Source: an uncultured Gemmatimonadales bacterium (GTDB lineage: Bacteria > Gemmatimonadota > Gemmatimonadetes > Gemmatimonadales > GWC2-71-9). Taken from it: a stretch of 64,000 nucleotides of DNA. The notes beneath the pieces are model-generated. The model was not told where the DNA came from and made no database searches. It saw nothing but the letters and a program-made list of their open reading frames with translations. Positions 10,547 through 21,525 of the stretch are shown piece by piece. The stretch's first letter is position 1, and each line of letters begins with the position of its first letter. The position numbers and the translations under genes are program-made. The DNA is taken from the NCBI GenBank assembly GCA_963748815.1, contig CAVVKJ010000005.1:224001-288000 (forward strand), written 5' to 3'.

Positions 10547-11935
10547 TCAGAACGAGTAAGTCAGGGTGATGCCAAGGAGGTTGGCGCTGAACGTGTAGAG
10601 CCCGTCGTTCAATGCGGCGGTCGGCACTTCCATGCCACCGTCGCCGCTCCGTCCCTGGCGGTCAGCCTGATCGATATACTGGTACGCGACGTCGAACCCG
10701 AAGCGGTCGGAGAGGTGCGATCCGAATCCGGCCGTGAACTCGGTGCGGGGCGCTTCCGGCAGGTTCGGCGTGACGGTCTGGTCGGGTGCCGCCGCGTTAT
10801 GGGCAATGATGCCGAGGCGGGCGGTGGACTTGGAGCCGACGAGGTATTCACCGCCGAGCCGCCAGGAGGTGGTGTTCTTGTAGCTCTCCACGATCGTCTT
10901 GTCGCCGAGGAGGCTGAAGTCGAGGGGCAGGGTTTCCCAGACCTCCCAGAACTGAATTCCGACGTCGCCGAGGAGCCGGAGCTTGTCGGTGACCTGCAGC
11001 GTCAGGCCCATGTTGAGCTGCGCCGGGTAGGGCAGCACGGCGGTGCCGATCTGGTTGACCAGGGAGCCGCCGGGCTGGAACTGCGGCGCCACCAGCGCGT
11101 CGACCGGGGTGCCGGCCGGGTAGCCCAGCGGGTTTCCGGGGGCCAGGTAGAGATTCGTCGGCACCTGCGTGATGGTGGCCAGGCCGTCGTCGACGTTCAC
11201 GGTCTGCTTCGAGAGGTAGCGGATGCCGAAGGAGAGTCCATCGGTCACCTGCGCAATGGCACCCAGGTGGAAGCCGGTCGAGAGGTCGTTGCCGGCCAAC
11301 TCGACGTTCGCGAAGTCGGTCCCGTAGGCAATGCCAAGGTTCGCGAAGGTAATCCCGCCGCCACCGGGGACCGCCTGCTCTGCAAGGTCCACGCGCTGCT
11401 TGAGTTCGACGGTGGAACTGGTGATGTCCACCCCGATGCCGAAGCTGAGCCGCTTGCCGGCCTTGAGGCCGAAGGTGGGCTGGAAGTAGATGCCCTTGAC
11501 CGAGCTGTAGTACCCGAGGAAGCGACCCTGGGCGTCGTCCGGCCATTCGATGGCCAACCCGTACGGGGCAAAGATGCCGAAGCCGATGGTGGCCTCGTCC
11601 GAGACGCCGTACCCGACGTAGAGCGCGGGGACCGGGTGGGTCTGCTCGATGAGGGAGCTGACCTCGCCGGTGGAGCTGTTGGTGAAGTCGCCGGTCGCGC
11701 GGATCATCGTGGCGCCACCGCTGAACACTCCCTTGCCGTTCGGGAGAATCAGGCCGGCCGGGTTGTAGAAGATGGCGGAGCCATCCGCGCACGGGGAGGC
11801 GACGCCTGTGCCGCCGCGCCCCATGGCGCACGACCCCTGCTCATTGACGCTGAACCCCTGGGCTTCAACCGATCGCGGCATGACCAGGACGGCAGTCAGT
11901 ACCCCGGCGGCAATCCAAACCTGGAACCGTCGCAT
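10547..11935 (-). CDS. FadL/OmpP1/TodX-family outer membrane transporter
   Basis: AQGFSVNEQGSCAMGRGG, DGSAIFYNPAGL, APYGL, terminal LTYSF. Confidence 0.9.
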   Translation of the reverse strand: MRRFQVWIAAGVLTAVLVMPRSVEAQGFSVNEQGSCAMGRGGTGVASPCADGSAIFYNPAGLILPNGKGVFSGGATMIRATGDFTNSSTGEVSSLIEQTHPVPALYVGYGVSDEATIGFGIFAPYGLAIEWPDDAQGRFLGYYSSVKGIYFQPTFGLKAGKRLSFGIGVDITSSTVELKQRVDLAEQAVPGGGGITFANLGIAYGTDFANVELAGNDLSTGFHLGAIAQVTDGLSFGIRYLSKQTVNVDDGLATITQVPTNLYLAPGNPLGYPAGTPVDALVAPQFQPGGSLVNQIGTAVLPYPAQLNMGLTLQVTDKLRLLGDVGIQFWEVWETLPLDFSLLGDKTIVESYKNTTSWRLGGEYLVGSKSTARLGIIAHNAAAPDQTVTPNLPEAPRTEFTAGFGSHLSDRFGFDVAYQYIDQADRQGRSGDGGMEVPTAALNDGLYTFSANLLGITLTYSF

Positions 11936-12000
11936 ACGTGGACTCCAATTCGGGACGACTTCAGGGACGCTCCGGGCGAACCCGGCGAGAGAGACACAAA

Positions 12001-12030
12001 AACATATCGTGCGAATGAAAGGGTTGTCAA
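12001..12030 (-). promoter_or_regulatory. Sigma70-like promoter for fadL-lipase
   Basis: Minus strand TTGACA-18 nt-TATGTT, about 65 nt upstream of ATG 11935. Confidence 0.5.
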
Positions 12031-12070
12031 AGCCGACTTTCATACCCGAGCGGGGGAGTCGGCTAACTGG

Positions 12071-12484
12071 TCAGTGCGCTCCGATGGCCTTGGCCCGGCT
12101 CGCCGTCAGAGGGACCCGGGTGACGCCGCCGCCATCGAGGGAAATTTCGAACGCAAAGGCCCCGGCGCGGGGCAGCGGCACGTCGAAGACAAGCACCGCC
12201 CCCGCCTCGACTTCCGTGACGCCGGCGGGCGGCTCCCCGAACTGGACGCTCCCCTCACCACCCAGCAATTCGGTGTCGTCCTCGTCGACGAACCGGATCC
12301 GGATCCCGTGGGTGCCGATGTCGGTGCGGCGCCCGCGGACCCGCAGCACCAGGTGGGTTCGCGGGTGGACGGTCGGGAACTCCGCCACCCAGACGTGCTG
12401 GAAGATGCCGAGCACGGACAGCTTGCCCTGCTGGTCGACCAGGGCGTAGTCGGCGATGACCGCGAAATCGAGCCGCAGGCTCAT
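12071..12484 (-). CDS. DUF6941-like hypothetical protein
   Basis: [28 protein letters not shown]...[11 protein letters not shown] pattern; ATGA overlap with cyclophilin. Confidence 0.6.
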   Translation of the reverse strand: MSLRLDFAVIADYALVDQQGKLSVLGIFQHVWVAEFPTVHPRTHLVLRVRGRRTDIGTHGIRIRFVDEDDTELLGGEGSVQFGEPPAGVTEVEAGAVLVFDVPLPRAGAFAFEISLDGGGVTRVPLTASRAKAIGAH

Positions 12485-12927
12485 GCGACGCGAATCGACT
12501 CGATGACGTCGTTCTTCTGGATCGTGTTCACGACGTCCATTCCGGTGCTGACCTGCCCGAACACGGTGTGGACGCGGTCGAGGTGACCCTGGGGCGAGTG
12601 ACAGATGAAGAACTGGCTCCCGCCGGTGTTCTTCCCGGCGTGGGCCATCGAGAGGGTGCCGGCGACGTGGCGGTGGGTGTTCTTGTCGGTCTCGCACTTG
12701 ATGGTGTAGCCGGGGCCGCCGGTCCCGACGCGGGGGTGGTTCGGGTCGCGGCTGAGGGGATCGCCCGCCTGCACCATGAAGTTGGCGATGACGCGGTGGA
12801 ACCGGGTGCCGTCATAGAACTTGTCGTTGGCGAGCTTCTCGAAATTGGCGACTGTGCCCGGCGTCTCGTCGTCGAAAAGGTCGGCGACGATGGTGCCTCG
12901 GCTGGTCACGATGGTGGCGGTCTTCAT
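12481..12927 (-). CDS. Cyclophilin-type peptidyl-prolyl cis-trans isomerase
   Basis: [50 protein letters not shown]. Confidence 0.95.
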   Translation of the reverse strand: MKTATIVTSRGTIVADLFDDETPGTVANFEKLANDKFYDGTRFHRVIANFMVQAGDPLSRDPNHPRVGTGGPGYTIKCETDKNTHRHVAGTLSMAHAGKNTGGSQFFICHSPQGHLDRVHTVFGQVSTGMDVVNTIQKNDVIESIRVA

Positions 12928-12949
12928 CAGGAATTCCGTGAGGTGGGGG

Positions 12950-14158
12950 TCAAGGAGTGTGGAGGGCCCGATCGGCCGGACGGAAAGATAGCGAGGCCGC
13001 GGCCAGCGCCGCGACCACCCAGAGCGCTCCCGTCCAATAGGGCGCGCCGTGCCCCACATGGTCGAAGGCGAGCCCCGCCCAGAGGGGGCCGAGGATGCGC
13101 GTCAGGCTGACGACGGACTGCATCGAGCCAAGCACCTTCCCCTGCTCGACACCACTCACCGTCCGCGACACCTCGGAGGTGAGCATCGGGGCCGCCGAGG
13201 CGTTGCCGAAGGCGAGCAGCAGCGTGGCCGGGTAGAGCATCGCCACGCTGGGCGCGAAGGCGGTGGCCGCAAACCCGCACGCCATCAACAGCAGCCCCCA
13301 GGTGGCGATGCGGCGCTCCCGGCCGGCGGTGGGGATGCGGCGCAGCAGCACGCCCTGCACCAGTACGCTGACCACCCCGACCAGCGTGAAGATCCAGGCG
13401 TTGCCCTGGGGTCCGAGCCCGAACCGCTCCCGGGTGAAGACGGCGTAGTTGGACTGCAGGCCGGCCATCGCGAAGCTCATCGCAAAGATGGCGGTGAAGA
13501 GCCGGGCCATGCCGGGGCGGCGGACGGTCTGGTCGAGGTGGCCAAGGGGATGCAGGTCCGAGAGCCGGAACGGGGTGCGCACCCGCCGTTCAGGCGGGAG
13601 CGACTCCGGGAGCAGGACGTACCCGAGCCCCACGGTCACGAGGGAAAGAATGCCCGCGGCAAAGGCCGGTGCCCGGAGGCTCCAGAGGCTCAGCATCCCG
13701 CCGATCGCCGGCCCCATGATGAACCCGAGCCCGAACGCCGCGCCGATCAGACCGAAGTTCTTCGCGCGGTCCTCGGGAGGGGACACATCCGCGATATACG
13801 CTTGCGCGGTCGAGACATTCCCGCCGGTGAAGCCGTCAATCAGGCGGGAGAGGTAGAGCAGCCAGAGCGTCTGGGCAAAGCCGAAGAGGAAATACCCGGC
13901 GCCAGTGCCGAGGACGCTGAGGAGCAGCACCACCCGGCGACCGTGCCGGTCCGAGAGGGCGCCCAGCACCGGACTGGCCAGGAACTGCGCCGCGGCGAAG
14001 GTGAGGCTCAGGAGCCCGACGGTGAGCGCATCGCTCCGAAACTCGGCCACGATGAACGGGAGGACGGGTACCAGGATCCCGACCCCGAGGAGGTCGAGGA
14101 AGACGGTCAGGAAGATGAAGATCAGCGGCCGGTTGCCCGGCCCGCGGGTGCTAGGCAC
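12950..14158 (-). CDS. TetA/DHA1-family MFS transporter
   Basis: [13 protein letters not shown] motif [36 protein letters not shown] motif C. Confidence 0.92.
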   Translation of the reverse strand: MPSTRGPGNRPLIFIFLTVFLDLLGVGILVPVLPFIVAEFRSDALTVGLLSLTFAAAQFLASPVLGALSDRHGRRVVLLLSVLGTGAGYFLFGFAQTLWLLYLSRLIDGFTGGNVSTAQAYIADVSPPEDRAKNFGLIGAAFGLGFIMGPAIGGMLSLWSLRAPAFAAGILSLVTVGLGYVLLPESLPPERRVRTPFRLSDLHPLGHLDQTVRRPGMARLFTAIFAMSFAMAGLQSNYAVFTRERFGLGPQGNAWIFTLVGVVSVLVQGVLLRRIPTAGRERRIATWGLLLMACGFAATAFAPSVAMLYPATLLLAFGNASAAPMLTSEVSRTVSGVEQGKVLGSMQSVVSLTRILGPLWAGLAFDHVGHGAPYWTGALWVVAALAAASLSFRPADRALHTP

Positions 14159-14813
14159 GCATCGGTCTCTTGGCGCTGGGGCAGTCTGGGGCGAGCGGAC
14201 AGGCGGCGCAGTTGGGGCGGCGCGCGATGCAGACGGCGCGGCCGTGGCTGATCAGGAGATGGGAAAGGAGCGTCCACTTCGGCTGCGGAAAGAGTGTCAT
14301 CAGGTCCCGCTCCACCTTCTCGGGGTCGGTGGCGGCTGTCAGCCGCAACAGGCGGGTGATGCGACCCACGTGGGTGTCCACCGTGATCCCGTCGTTGCGG
14401 CCGAAGGCGTTTCCGAGAATCACGTTGGCCGTCTTGCGGCCGACCCCGGGCAGGTCGCGCAGTTCGTCCATCGTGTCCGGCACCCGGCCGCCGTGGCGCT
14501 CGACCAGGGCGGCCGCCATCGCCAGGAGATTCTTGCCCTTGTTGCGGAAGAACCCGGTGGACCGGATCAGGTCCTCGATCTCGTCCTGCGTGCCCTCGGC
14601 CAGCGCCGCGGCATCCGGGAAGCGGTCGAAGAGCGCCGGCGTGACGAGATTGACCCGCGCATCAGTGCATTGGGCCGACAGGATGGTGGCGACGAGCAGC
14701 TGATACGGATCGGCGTGATCGAGGGCGCAGTGCGCGTCGGGGTAGGCGTGCTCCAGCGCGGCAAGGATCCGCGCGGCGCGGGCGGCCCGGGCCGCGGCCG
14801 ATTCGCGGGCCAC
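14151..14813 (-). CDS. nth: Endonuclease III
   Basis: ILSAQCTDARVN, HhH LPGVGRKTANV, VDTHV, C-x6-C-x2-C-x5-C 4Fe-4S loop. Confidence 0.96.
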   Translation of the reverse strand: MARESAAARAARAARILAALEHAYPDAHCALDHADPYQLLVATILSAQCTDARVNLVTPALFDRFPDAAALAEGTQDEIEDLIRSTGFFRNKGKNLLAMAAALVERHGGRVPDTMDELRDLPGVGRKTANVILGNAFGRNDGITVDTHVGRITRLLRLTAATDPEKVERDLMTLFPQPKWTLLSHLLISHGRAVCIARRPNCAACPLAPDCPSAKRPMRA

Positions 14814-16547
14814 TCAGCTCCTCCGTGCTCTCGCAAACGCCAGGAACTGCTCGGCGGATCGGGTGTTGAGCACCTCCGACGGCCCCAGCCACCCCTTCCG
14901 CGCGATCCCGACCCCGTAGGCGACGTTGCCGAGCCCCGCAAGGTTGTGCGCGTCCGACCCGATCGAGATCATGACGCCGTGCGCGCGGGCGCTTCGGAGC
15001 ACGCGCCAGTCGAGGTCGAGCCGGTGCGGGTCGGCGTTGATTTCGATGGCGACACCCAGGGCGCCGGCCTTGGCAAAGATGGCCTCGAGGTCGATCGCGT
15101 ACGCATCGCGCGACAGGAGAAGCCGTCCGGTGGGATGCCCGAGGATGGTGAGGTAGGGATTCTCGAGCGCCGTGAGGACCCGCGCCGTCATCTCCGGTCC
15201 GCTCAGGTTGAAACGGCTGTGGATCGAGCCGATCACGAAATCGAGCTGCGCCAGCACGTCGTCCTCATAGTCGAGGCGCCCGTCGGCCAGGATGTCGGCC
15301 TCGACGCCGTGCAGGATCCGGAACCCCTCGAGCCCGGCCCCCACCTCGGCGATCTCGGCGGCCTGGCGCACCAGTGAGTCCGGCGAGAGCCCGCCGGCGT
15401 ACGCCGCCGACTGGCTGTGATCGGTAATGCCGATCCAGTCGTACCCCGCGTCGCGCACTCCCCGGGCGAGTTCCGCCACCGTGTTCGATCCGTCGGAATA
15501 GTTCGTGTGGCAGTGGAGGAAACCCCTGAGGTCGTCTTCCACGATCAGGGTGGGGAGGCCGTCCCCCGCGGCCGTCTCGATCTCCCCGCCGCCCTCCCGC
15601 AGTTCGGGGGGAATCCAGGGGAGGTCGAGCGCATGGTAGAGCGCCGCCTCGTCCGGCGTCGGGACGAACTCGCTGCCGCGCCAGAGGGCGGCGCCGCGCA
15701 GCGAGCAACCGCGGGCGGCCGCCCGCTCCTCGAGTTGACGCAGGTGCGCGTCGCTGCCCGTCGCCTGCACGAGGACGGCACCGGCGTTGAGCGGGGGCGT
15801 GACGATGATTTGCGCGCTGGTCCCACCGACGAATCGGAGGGTGACGTGGCGCTCGTCCTGGCCGGCGAACTCGTGGACGCTCGGTACCTGTCCCAGTCGT
15901 GCGAAGATGTCGGCGGCCGGCACCTCTGCGACGAGGACGATGACGATCTCCTTCACGACCTCGGTGCGGCGGCGCACCTCGCCGACGGCCGTGGCGCTCA
16001 GCACGCCCGGCACCCGTCCGAGCGCCTCGACCAGGCTGCGCGCCTCCTCGGCGGCGTGATGGGCGAGCCGGAAGGCGCTCGCCTGCCGGAGGAACGCGAT
16101 GCTCTTCCGGATGTTGTCGGCCGTCTTCTGTCCGAATCGGGGGAGGGCGGCCAGCCGGCCGTCGTTCGCGGCGGCCTCGAGGTCGGGCAGGGAATCGATG
16201 CCGAGCGTCTCGTGAATCTGCCGGATCTTGGCGACGCCGAGTCCCGAGATCGACAGCATCTCGACCAGGCCAGGGGGCACCTGCCCGCGCAGCTCCTCGA
16301 GGAGGGCGGAGCGGCCGGTGCCGGCCAATTCGCCAATCACCTCGAGCGTGGCGGGACCCACCCCCTTGGTGGCGGCGAGGGAGCCGTCCTTCAGCGCGAG
16401 CTGGAGCGTCTCCGGGAGGCCGCCCACGACCCGGGCAACGGTACGGAAGGTCCGCACCCGAAAGAGGTTCTCGCCCTTGAGTTCCATGAACGAGGCGATC
16501 TGCTCGAGCGCATCGGCGACCGCGCGCTTCTCGAGGTGGTCTGTCAT
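14814..16547 (-). CDS. polX: DNA polymerase X / PHP-domain 3'-5' exonuclease, non-canonical polymerase site
   Basis: GENLFRVR, GLGVAKI, ATGSDAH, WIPPELRE; PHP motifs HCHTNYSDG, ITDHS, GVEADI, GHPTGR, GSDAH. Confidence 0.92.
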   Translation of the reverse strand: MTDHLEKRAVADALEQIASFMELKGENLFRVRTFRTVARVVGGLPETLQLALKDGSLAATKGVGPATLEVIGELAGTGRSALLEELRGQVPPGLVEMLSISGLGVAKIRQIHETLGIDSLPDLEAAANDGRLAALPRFGQKTADNIRKSIAFLRQASAFRLAHHAAEEARSLVEALGRVPGVLSATAVGEVRRRTEVVKEIVIVLVAEVPAADIFARLGQVPSVHEFAGQDERHVTLRFVGGTSAQIIVTPPLNAGAVLVQATGSDAHLRQLEERAAARGCSLRGAALWRGSEFVPTPDEAALYHALDLPWIPPELREGGGEIETAAGDGLPTLIVEDDLRGFLHCHTNYSDGSNTVAELARGVRDAGYDWIGITDHSQSAAYAGGLSPDSLVRQAAEIAEVGAGLEGFRILHGVEADILADGRLDYEDDVLAQLDFVIGSIHSRFNLSGPEMTARVLTALENPYLTILGHPTGRLLLSRDAYAIDLEAIFAKAGALGVAIEINADPHRLDLDWRVLRSARAHGVMISIGSDAHNLAGLGNVAYGVGIARKGWLGPSEVLNTRSAEQFLAFARARRS

Positions 16548-17200
16548 GCTTCCTCCAGATGGGCCGACGCGAGCGCCCGGGCCGCCAGCTCCACCAGCTC
16601 TTCGGGCTCGACTACCGCATGCAGTCCGGCGAAGGCGCCGCCATCGAGCGACGGCGCGAAGAGCGGGCTCCCATCGCGGCGGACACGGTGAGCACCTGGG
16701 GTGCCACTCGCTTCCGCGACGGTGAACCCGTTCCGCGAGGGGTGCACCCCGAAGATGCCGAGCACCCGGAGGTGCCCCTCGATGCCGGTGTGGACGAAGC
16801 AACCGTCGAGCGGCTCCCACGGCCCGGGTGCGATCAGCGAGGCCCAGATCAGGCGTTCGGGGAACTGAATGTATCCGGGTCCCGTCGCGGCGGCAGCGGG
16901 CGGCTCGGGGGCGGCGAGCAGCCGTCGAAGGTCGGCCGCAGGAATCGTCCGGTCCGGCTGGCCGGCGTCCCAGGCCAGGTAGGCGTGGTGGACAAGGGCG
17001 GTGAGTTCATCCAGCCCGCTCCCGGCATCGGTGTCATCGGGCCGGAGCGCCCGAAGGAGGGTCATGGCGGGGAGGGTCAGGAAGAACGCGTCGCGCTCGC
17101 GTGGGTCGACCGCGGCTGCGGCGAGGGCCTCCCTGATCGGCGGGAAGTGTTCCGGCGCCAGTCCGGCAAAGACGAGTTCGAACGGCGTCGGACGGTCCAT
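16544..17200 (-). CDS. Hypothetical protein
   Basis: Plausible globular composition, ATGA coupling to polX; no family recognised. Confidence 0.65.
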   Translation of the reverse strand: MDRPTPFELVFAGLAPEHFPPIREALAAAAVDPRERDAFFLTLPAMTLLRALRPDDTDAGSGLDELTALVHHAYLAWDAGQPDRTIPAADLRRLLAAPEPPAAAATGPGYIQFPERLIWASLIAPGPWEPLDGCFVHTGIEGHLRVLGIFGVHPSRNGFTVAEASGTPGAHRVRRDGSPLFAPSLDGGAFAGLHAVVEPEELVELAARALASAHLEEA

Positions 17201-17292
17201 GTGAGCAAGATAATCCCTCTGGCGAGAGCCTCCGGGTGCCAGTACTTTCACGCCTCGGGCCGGTCGTGCGGGTTTCTCCGACGGAGGTGGCG

Positions 17293-19773
17293 GTGGTCAA
17301 GACTCGCAGCATTGCCACCAAGGTGGCGCTGGTCGTGTCGGCGGTGGTGATCGGGGCGCTCGCGCTGACCGGCTGGTTTGCGCTCAAGCGTTCCGACGCC
17401 GAGCTGGTCCGGTTGCAGCTGGACCAGGCGAGCGCGCGGCTGACGACCAACCTCGGCATTGCCCAGCGGATCTTCGACGAACGGTTCCCGGGCGGCTGGC
17501 AACTGGCGCCCGGGAGTCCCCTCGTCTTCGGCGCGGGGTCGGCGGCCCCGGCCGAAACGCTCACGACCCAGCTCTTCAAGGGGCGCTCCCCGATCTACGG
17601 GAACCCCGAGGTCACGGCGGCGCTGGTGGAACTCTCGCGCATCACGGGAACCAAGCTCAGCATCGCGCAGCGCGCCGGCAACGACCGGGCGCTCCGGCTG
17701 GCCACCAGTGACACCCTGACGGTGACCGCCGGCCCGCTCACGGTGATGCCGTCGCGCGATCCTGACACGGGGCTGCCGGTCGCGGCCGGCCTCGCGCTGG
17801 CGCAGGGAGACGTGGTCGACGGCCGGGCCACGATCGGCGAGGACGACTGGACGCTGTATTGGCCGATCCGCGGGGCGAGCGGGAACAACGCGATCCTCGG
17901 CGTGTTCTACGCGGCGACGCCCTACGCCCCCTTCGCGGCCGCGGCGAAGGACGCTTCGCGGAAGGTGGCGGAGGGGCTGGTGCCGCTGGTGCTCCTGATC
18001 GCCCTGGGGTCCTCGCTCCTGCTCTTCGTGCTCACTCGCGGCATGCTCCGCCCCCTCCGCGCCATCCACACCGCCGTGTCGCGGCTCGGCGAAGGAGAGT
18101 GGCCGCAGGAGGTGAAGGTACGGAGCCGCGACGAAGTCGGCGCCCTGGCCGGCGCCTTCAACCGGATGGCGGCCGACCTCCGCCAGACCTACGCCACCAT
18201 CGAGGACAAGGTCAAGCGGCGTACCCACGAGCTGGAAGAGAGCAACGCCGCGCTCGGGCAGGCGCGAGAGGCGGCCGACGTGGCCAACAAGGCCAAGAGC
18301 CGCTTCCTGGCCAACATGAGCCACGAGCTCCGGACCCCGCTCAACGCCATCATCGGGTACAGCGAGATCCTCGAGGAGGAAGCCGAGGACCGCCAGCTCG
18401 ACGACCTGGTGCCGGATCTCCGGAAGATTCACGGCGCCGGCCGGCACCTCCTGCAGCTCATCAACGATATCCTCGACCTCTCGAAGGTCGAGGCGGGGAA
18501 GATGGACCTGTACCTCGAGACGTTTGCCGTGCGGGCCATGCTCGAGGATGTGGTCAGTACGATTCAGCCGTTGATCGCGCAGAAGCACAACACCCTCGTG
18601 GTCGACTGTCCCGACGACATCGGGAGCATCCACGCGGACATGACCAAGCTGCGGCAGTCGCTCTTCAACCTGCTCAGCAATGCGTCGAAATTCACCGACA
18701 CCGGCACGGTAACCCTCCGGGTGCGGGCGGACGTGTCCGACGGCAAGCGCTGGATCAGGATGGCGGTGCAGGACAGTGGCATCGGCATGACGCCGGAACA
18801 GGTGGAGCGACTCTTCCAGCCCTTTACGCAGGCCGACGCCTCCACCACGCGGAAATACGGAGGCACGGGCCTGGGGCTGACCATCACGAAGCGGTTCGCC
18901 GAATTGATGGGCGGCACGGTGACCGTCGAGAGCGTCCCGGGGCAGGGGTCGACCTTTACCCTGGTGCTGCCCGCCGAGGTCGTGGCGCGCCCGGTAACCA
19001 GCGATCACGTGGCGCTCCTGGCGGGTCCGAAGGGGCTGGTGCTGGTGATCGACGACGACCCCGCGATGCACGACCTGGTGCGGCGCACGCTCGAGAAGGA
19101 AGGCATCGCGGTGGTCCCGGCGCTGAACGGGGACGAAGGCATCGAGCTGGCGCGCCAGCTCAAGCCCGCGGTGATCACGCTCGACGTGATGATGCCGGGC
19201 AGCGACGGGTGGAACGTGCTCCGCACCCTCAAGGCGGACCCCGACCTGGCCAGGATTCCCGTCGTGATGCTGACCATCATTGACGACAAGAACCTCGGGT
19301 TCTCGCTGGGCGCCTCGGAGTACCTGACGAAACCGGTGGACCGGGATCGCCTGATTCGCGTCATCCGCCGTTTCCGCCACGAAGGGGGCGGGCGGGCGCT
19401 CGTGATCGATGACGACGAGGCGGCGCGCGACCGGATGCGCGAGCTGCTGCGCGGCGAGGCGTGGGAGGTGAGCGAGGCGCGGAACGGTCTCGAGGGGCTG
19501 GAGGCGCTCGGCCGGGGGCTTCCGGATCTCATCCTGCTCGACCTGATGATGCCCGAGATGAACGGGTTTGACTTCCTTGCGGCGCTGCGCGGGCGGGCGG
19601 GCGGGGAACAGGTGCCGGTGGTGGTGGTGACGGCGCACGACCTGACGGCGGAGGAGCGCGAGCACCTCTCCACGCACGTGGCGCGGGTGTTCGACAAGGA
19701 CCACCTCGACAGCGAGGCGCTGGTGGCCGAAATGAAGCGGCTGTTGTCGGAGTCCAGCGTGGGGGAGGGCTAG
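17293..19773 (+). CDS. Hybrid sensor histidine kinase (periplasmic sensor, HAMP, HisKA, HATPase, two REC)
   Basis: Two TM helices; [60 protein letters not shown] and ILLDLMMP; start chosen at GTG after GGAGG. Confidence 0.95.
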   Translation: MVKTRSIATKVALVVSAVVIGALALTGWFALKRSDAELVRLQLDQASARLTTNLGIAQRIFDERFPGGWQLAPGSPLVFGAGSAAPAETLTTQLFKGRSPIYGNPEVTAALVELSRITGTKLSIAQRAGNDRALRLATSDTLTVTAGPLTVMPSRDPDTGLPVAAGLALAQGDVVDGRATIGEDDWTLYWPIRGASGNNAILGVFYAATPYAPFAAAAKDASRKVAEGLVPLVLLIALGSSLLLFVLTRGMLRPLRAIHTAVSRLGEGEWPQEVKVRSRDEVGALAGAFNRMAADLRQTYATIEDKVKRRTHELEESNAALGQAREAADVANKAKSRFLANMSHELRTPLNAIIGYSEILEEEAEDRQLDDLVPDLRKIHGAGRHLLQLINDILDLSKVEAGKMDLYLETFAVRAMLEDVVSTIQPLIAQKHNTLVVDCPDDIGSIHADMTKLRQSLFNLLSNASKFTDTGTVTLRVRADVSDGKRWIRMAVQDSGIGMTPEQVERLFQPFTQADASTTRKYGGTGLGLTITKRFAELMGGTVTVESVPGQGSTFTLVLPAEVVARPVTSDHVALLAGPKGLVLVIDDDPAMHDLVRRTLEKEGIAVVPALNGDEGIELARQLKPAVITLDVMMPGSDGWNVLRTLKADPDLARIPVVMLTIIDDKNLGFSLGASEYLTKPVDRDRLIRVIRRFRHEGGGRALVIDDDEAARDRMRELLRGEAWEVSEARNGLEGLEALGRGLPDLILLDLMMPEMNGFDFLAALRGRAGGEQVPVVVVTAHDLTAEEREHLSTHVARVFDKDHLDSEALVAEMKRLLSESSVGEG

Positions 19774-19776
19774 CCG

Positions 19777-20148
19777 GTGGCCAAGATCCTGCTGGTCGAG
19801 GACAACGAACTCAACCGGGACATGCTCTCCCGCCGGCTGACGCGACGGGGGTACACCGTCGTCGTGGCCGAGGACGGTGAGCGCGGCCTCGAGCTGGTCC
19901 GCTCCGAGCGACCCGACCTGGTGCTGATGGATATGAGCCTGCCCGGGATCGACGGGTGGGAGGCGACGCGCCGCTTACGCGCGGATCCTGACATCGCCGG
20001 TGTCCGCGTCATCGCGCTCACCGCACACGCGATGGCGGGCGACCGTGAGCGCGCCATCGAGGCGGGCTGCAACGACTACGACACCAAGCCGGTCGAGATG
20101 GACCGGTTGCTGCTCAAGATCACCACCCTTCTCGGAGCGACGTCATGA
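19777..20148 (+). CDS. Single-domain response regulator (DivK-like)
   Basis: ILLVEDN, VLMDMSLPGIDG, ALTAHAM, YDTKP. Confidence 0.95.
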   Translation: MAKILLVEDNELNRDMLSRRLTRRGYTVVVAEDGERGLELVRSERPDLVLMDMSLPGIDGWEATRRLRADPDIAGVRVIALTAHAMAGDRERAIEAGCNDYDTKPVEMDRLLLKITTLLGATS

Positions 20149-21521
20149 TCGCATTTCCGTTGCGTCGTTCCGGCGCTTCGCTCGTCCTGGTTGCGAGTGC
20201 GCTGGCCTGCAGCGGTGGCGGCTCGACCCCGGCCGAGGCGCCGGCCCCGGCCGCCGCGCCGGCCGAGGCCCCGCCCGTCACCGTGGTGCTCTCCGCGGCG
20301 CCCTCCTTCGAGGGTGTCACGACCGGCAACGGGTGGGTGGACGGGTCGGCCACCGCGGCAACCAGCACCCGGTATTTCCGGGAGGTGGCGGGGACGCAGG
20401 GGCAGGTCTTCGAGCTCAAAGGGGAGGCCACGGGCGACGAAAAGGACAAGGCATGCGGCACCGACTGGCGGGCGTCCACCGCGCGGTCGGTTGTGCTGGT
20501 TACGCCGGACGCCGGCAAGGGCTCCGTCGGCTTTGCCCTCAGCGCCACGGCCACGGCCCGACGGGGGTCCTGGCGGACGAAGGCGACCCTGAGCTGCACG
20601 ACGCTGAACACCACCGAGGCGCAAGCGGCGACGATGGCACGCGGGCAGGCGTGGGTGACCCTGGGCGGCGGGCCCGCCGACCTCGATCAATTGGTGATCG
20701 AGACCACCGGGTCCACGACCGGCGAGTGGGCGCTGAGCGTCACCGATACGGCGGGGCAGAAGTATCCCACCACCCAGACGGGCGCCACGCTTGTCGCCGC
20801 CGTGCCTGGTGCGGGACGCTACTCCGTGGCCGCTTCCGTGACTGCGCGCGCCGCAACCGCCGGCGCCAAGGACTCGGTCGAGCAGCGCCTTCGCGCGACG
20901 GTCAAGGTGACGAGCCTGCGGAACGCCCTCGCGGCCGCGCTCGGGACGGCACCGCTGCCCAACCTCGATGCGCCGTACACGGTCGAGGTGGCCGCCGCCG
21001 CGCTGGCCGATCCGATCGAGGCCGCCCTCGCCGGCTACCAGCCGTGCGCGGCCAAGCCCGGCTGCGCCGGAAAAGTGTCCGATCTTTCCGTCAGCTCCGC
21101 CTCGGTCTGGGCGGCGGACGGGGGCATGGTGGTCGAGGTGACCCTGGTGGGCAAGAAGCGCTCGCCGATGGTGGTGCGGCTGGTCGGGTTGTCCGAAGTC
21201 CGGTCCGACTCACTTCGGGTCGCTGACCTCCGCCTGGCCGCCGGCCAGACCCAGGTGAGCAAGAAACGGGATCTCACCGCCGCCGTCGCGCTATTTGCCG
21301 CCCGGGCCTCGGCGGTGGCGGTGTCGCTGGCACCGATGAGTTCGACGGCGGAGTCGCAGCTTCGCGCACGGTTCCCGGTTCGCGTCGGCGACCAGTGTGC
21401 CGAGGCCCGAGCCACCCCTGCGACCTTTCTCGGCACGACACCGGCCGCCGATTCGACCGCCTTGCGGGTGTACTTCGGCGTGACCCCGAGCCCGCTGCAG
21501 CCCTGCAGCCGCCCGAGGTAA
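20145..21521 (+). CDS. Hypothetical lipoprotein
   Basis: ALAC lipobox, Pro/Ala linker, beta-rich body; ATGA overlap with response regulator. Confidence 0.7.
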   Translation: MIAFPLRRSGASLVLVASALACSGGGSTPAEAPAPAAAPAEAPPVTVVLSAAPSFEGVTTGNGWVDGSATAATSTRYFREVAGTQGQVFELKGEATGDEKDKACGTDWRASTARSVVLVTPDAGKGSVGFALSATATARRGSWRTKATLSCTTLNTTEAQAATMARGQAWVTLGGGPADLDQLVIETTGSTTGEWALSVTDTAGQKYPTTQTGATLVAAVPGAGRYSVAASVTARAATAGAKDSVEQRLRATVKVTSLRNALAAALGTAPLPNLDAPYTVEVAAAALADPIEAALAGYQPCAAKPGCAGKVSDLSVSSASVWAADGGMVVEVTLVGKKRSPMVVRLVGLSEVRSDSLRVADLRLAAGQTQVSKKRDLTAAVALFAARASAVAVSLAPMSSTAESQLRARFPVRVGDQCAEARATPATFLGTTPAADSTALRVYFGVTPSPLQPCSRPR

Positions 21522-21525
21522 CGGC

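Noticed and set aside
12950..14158. Calling the MFS gene a tetracycline resistance determinant
   Set aside because: Family-level similarity only; no tetR or mobile context; substrate cannot be inferred
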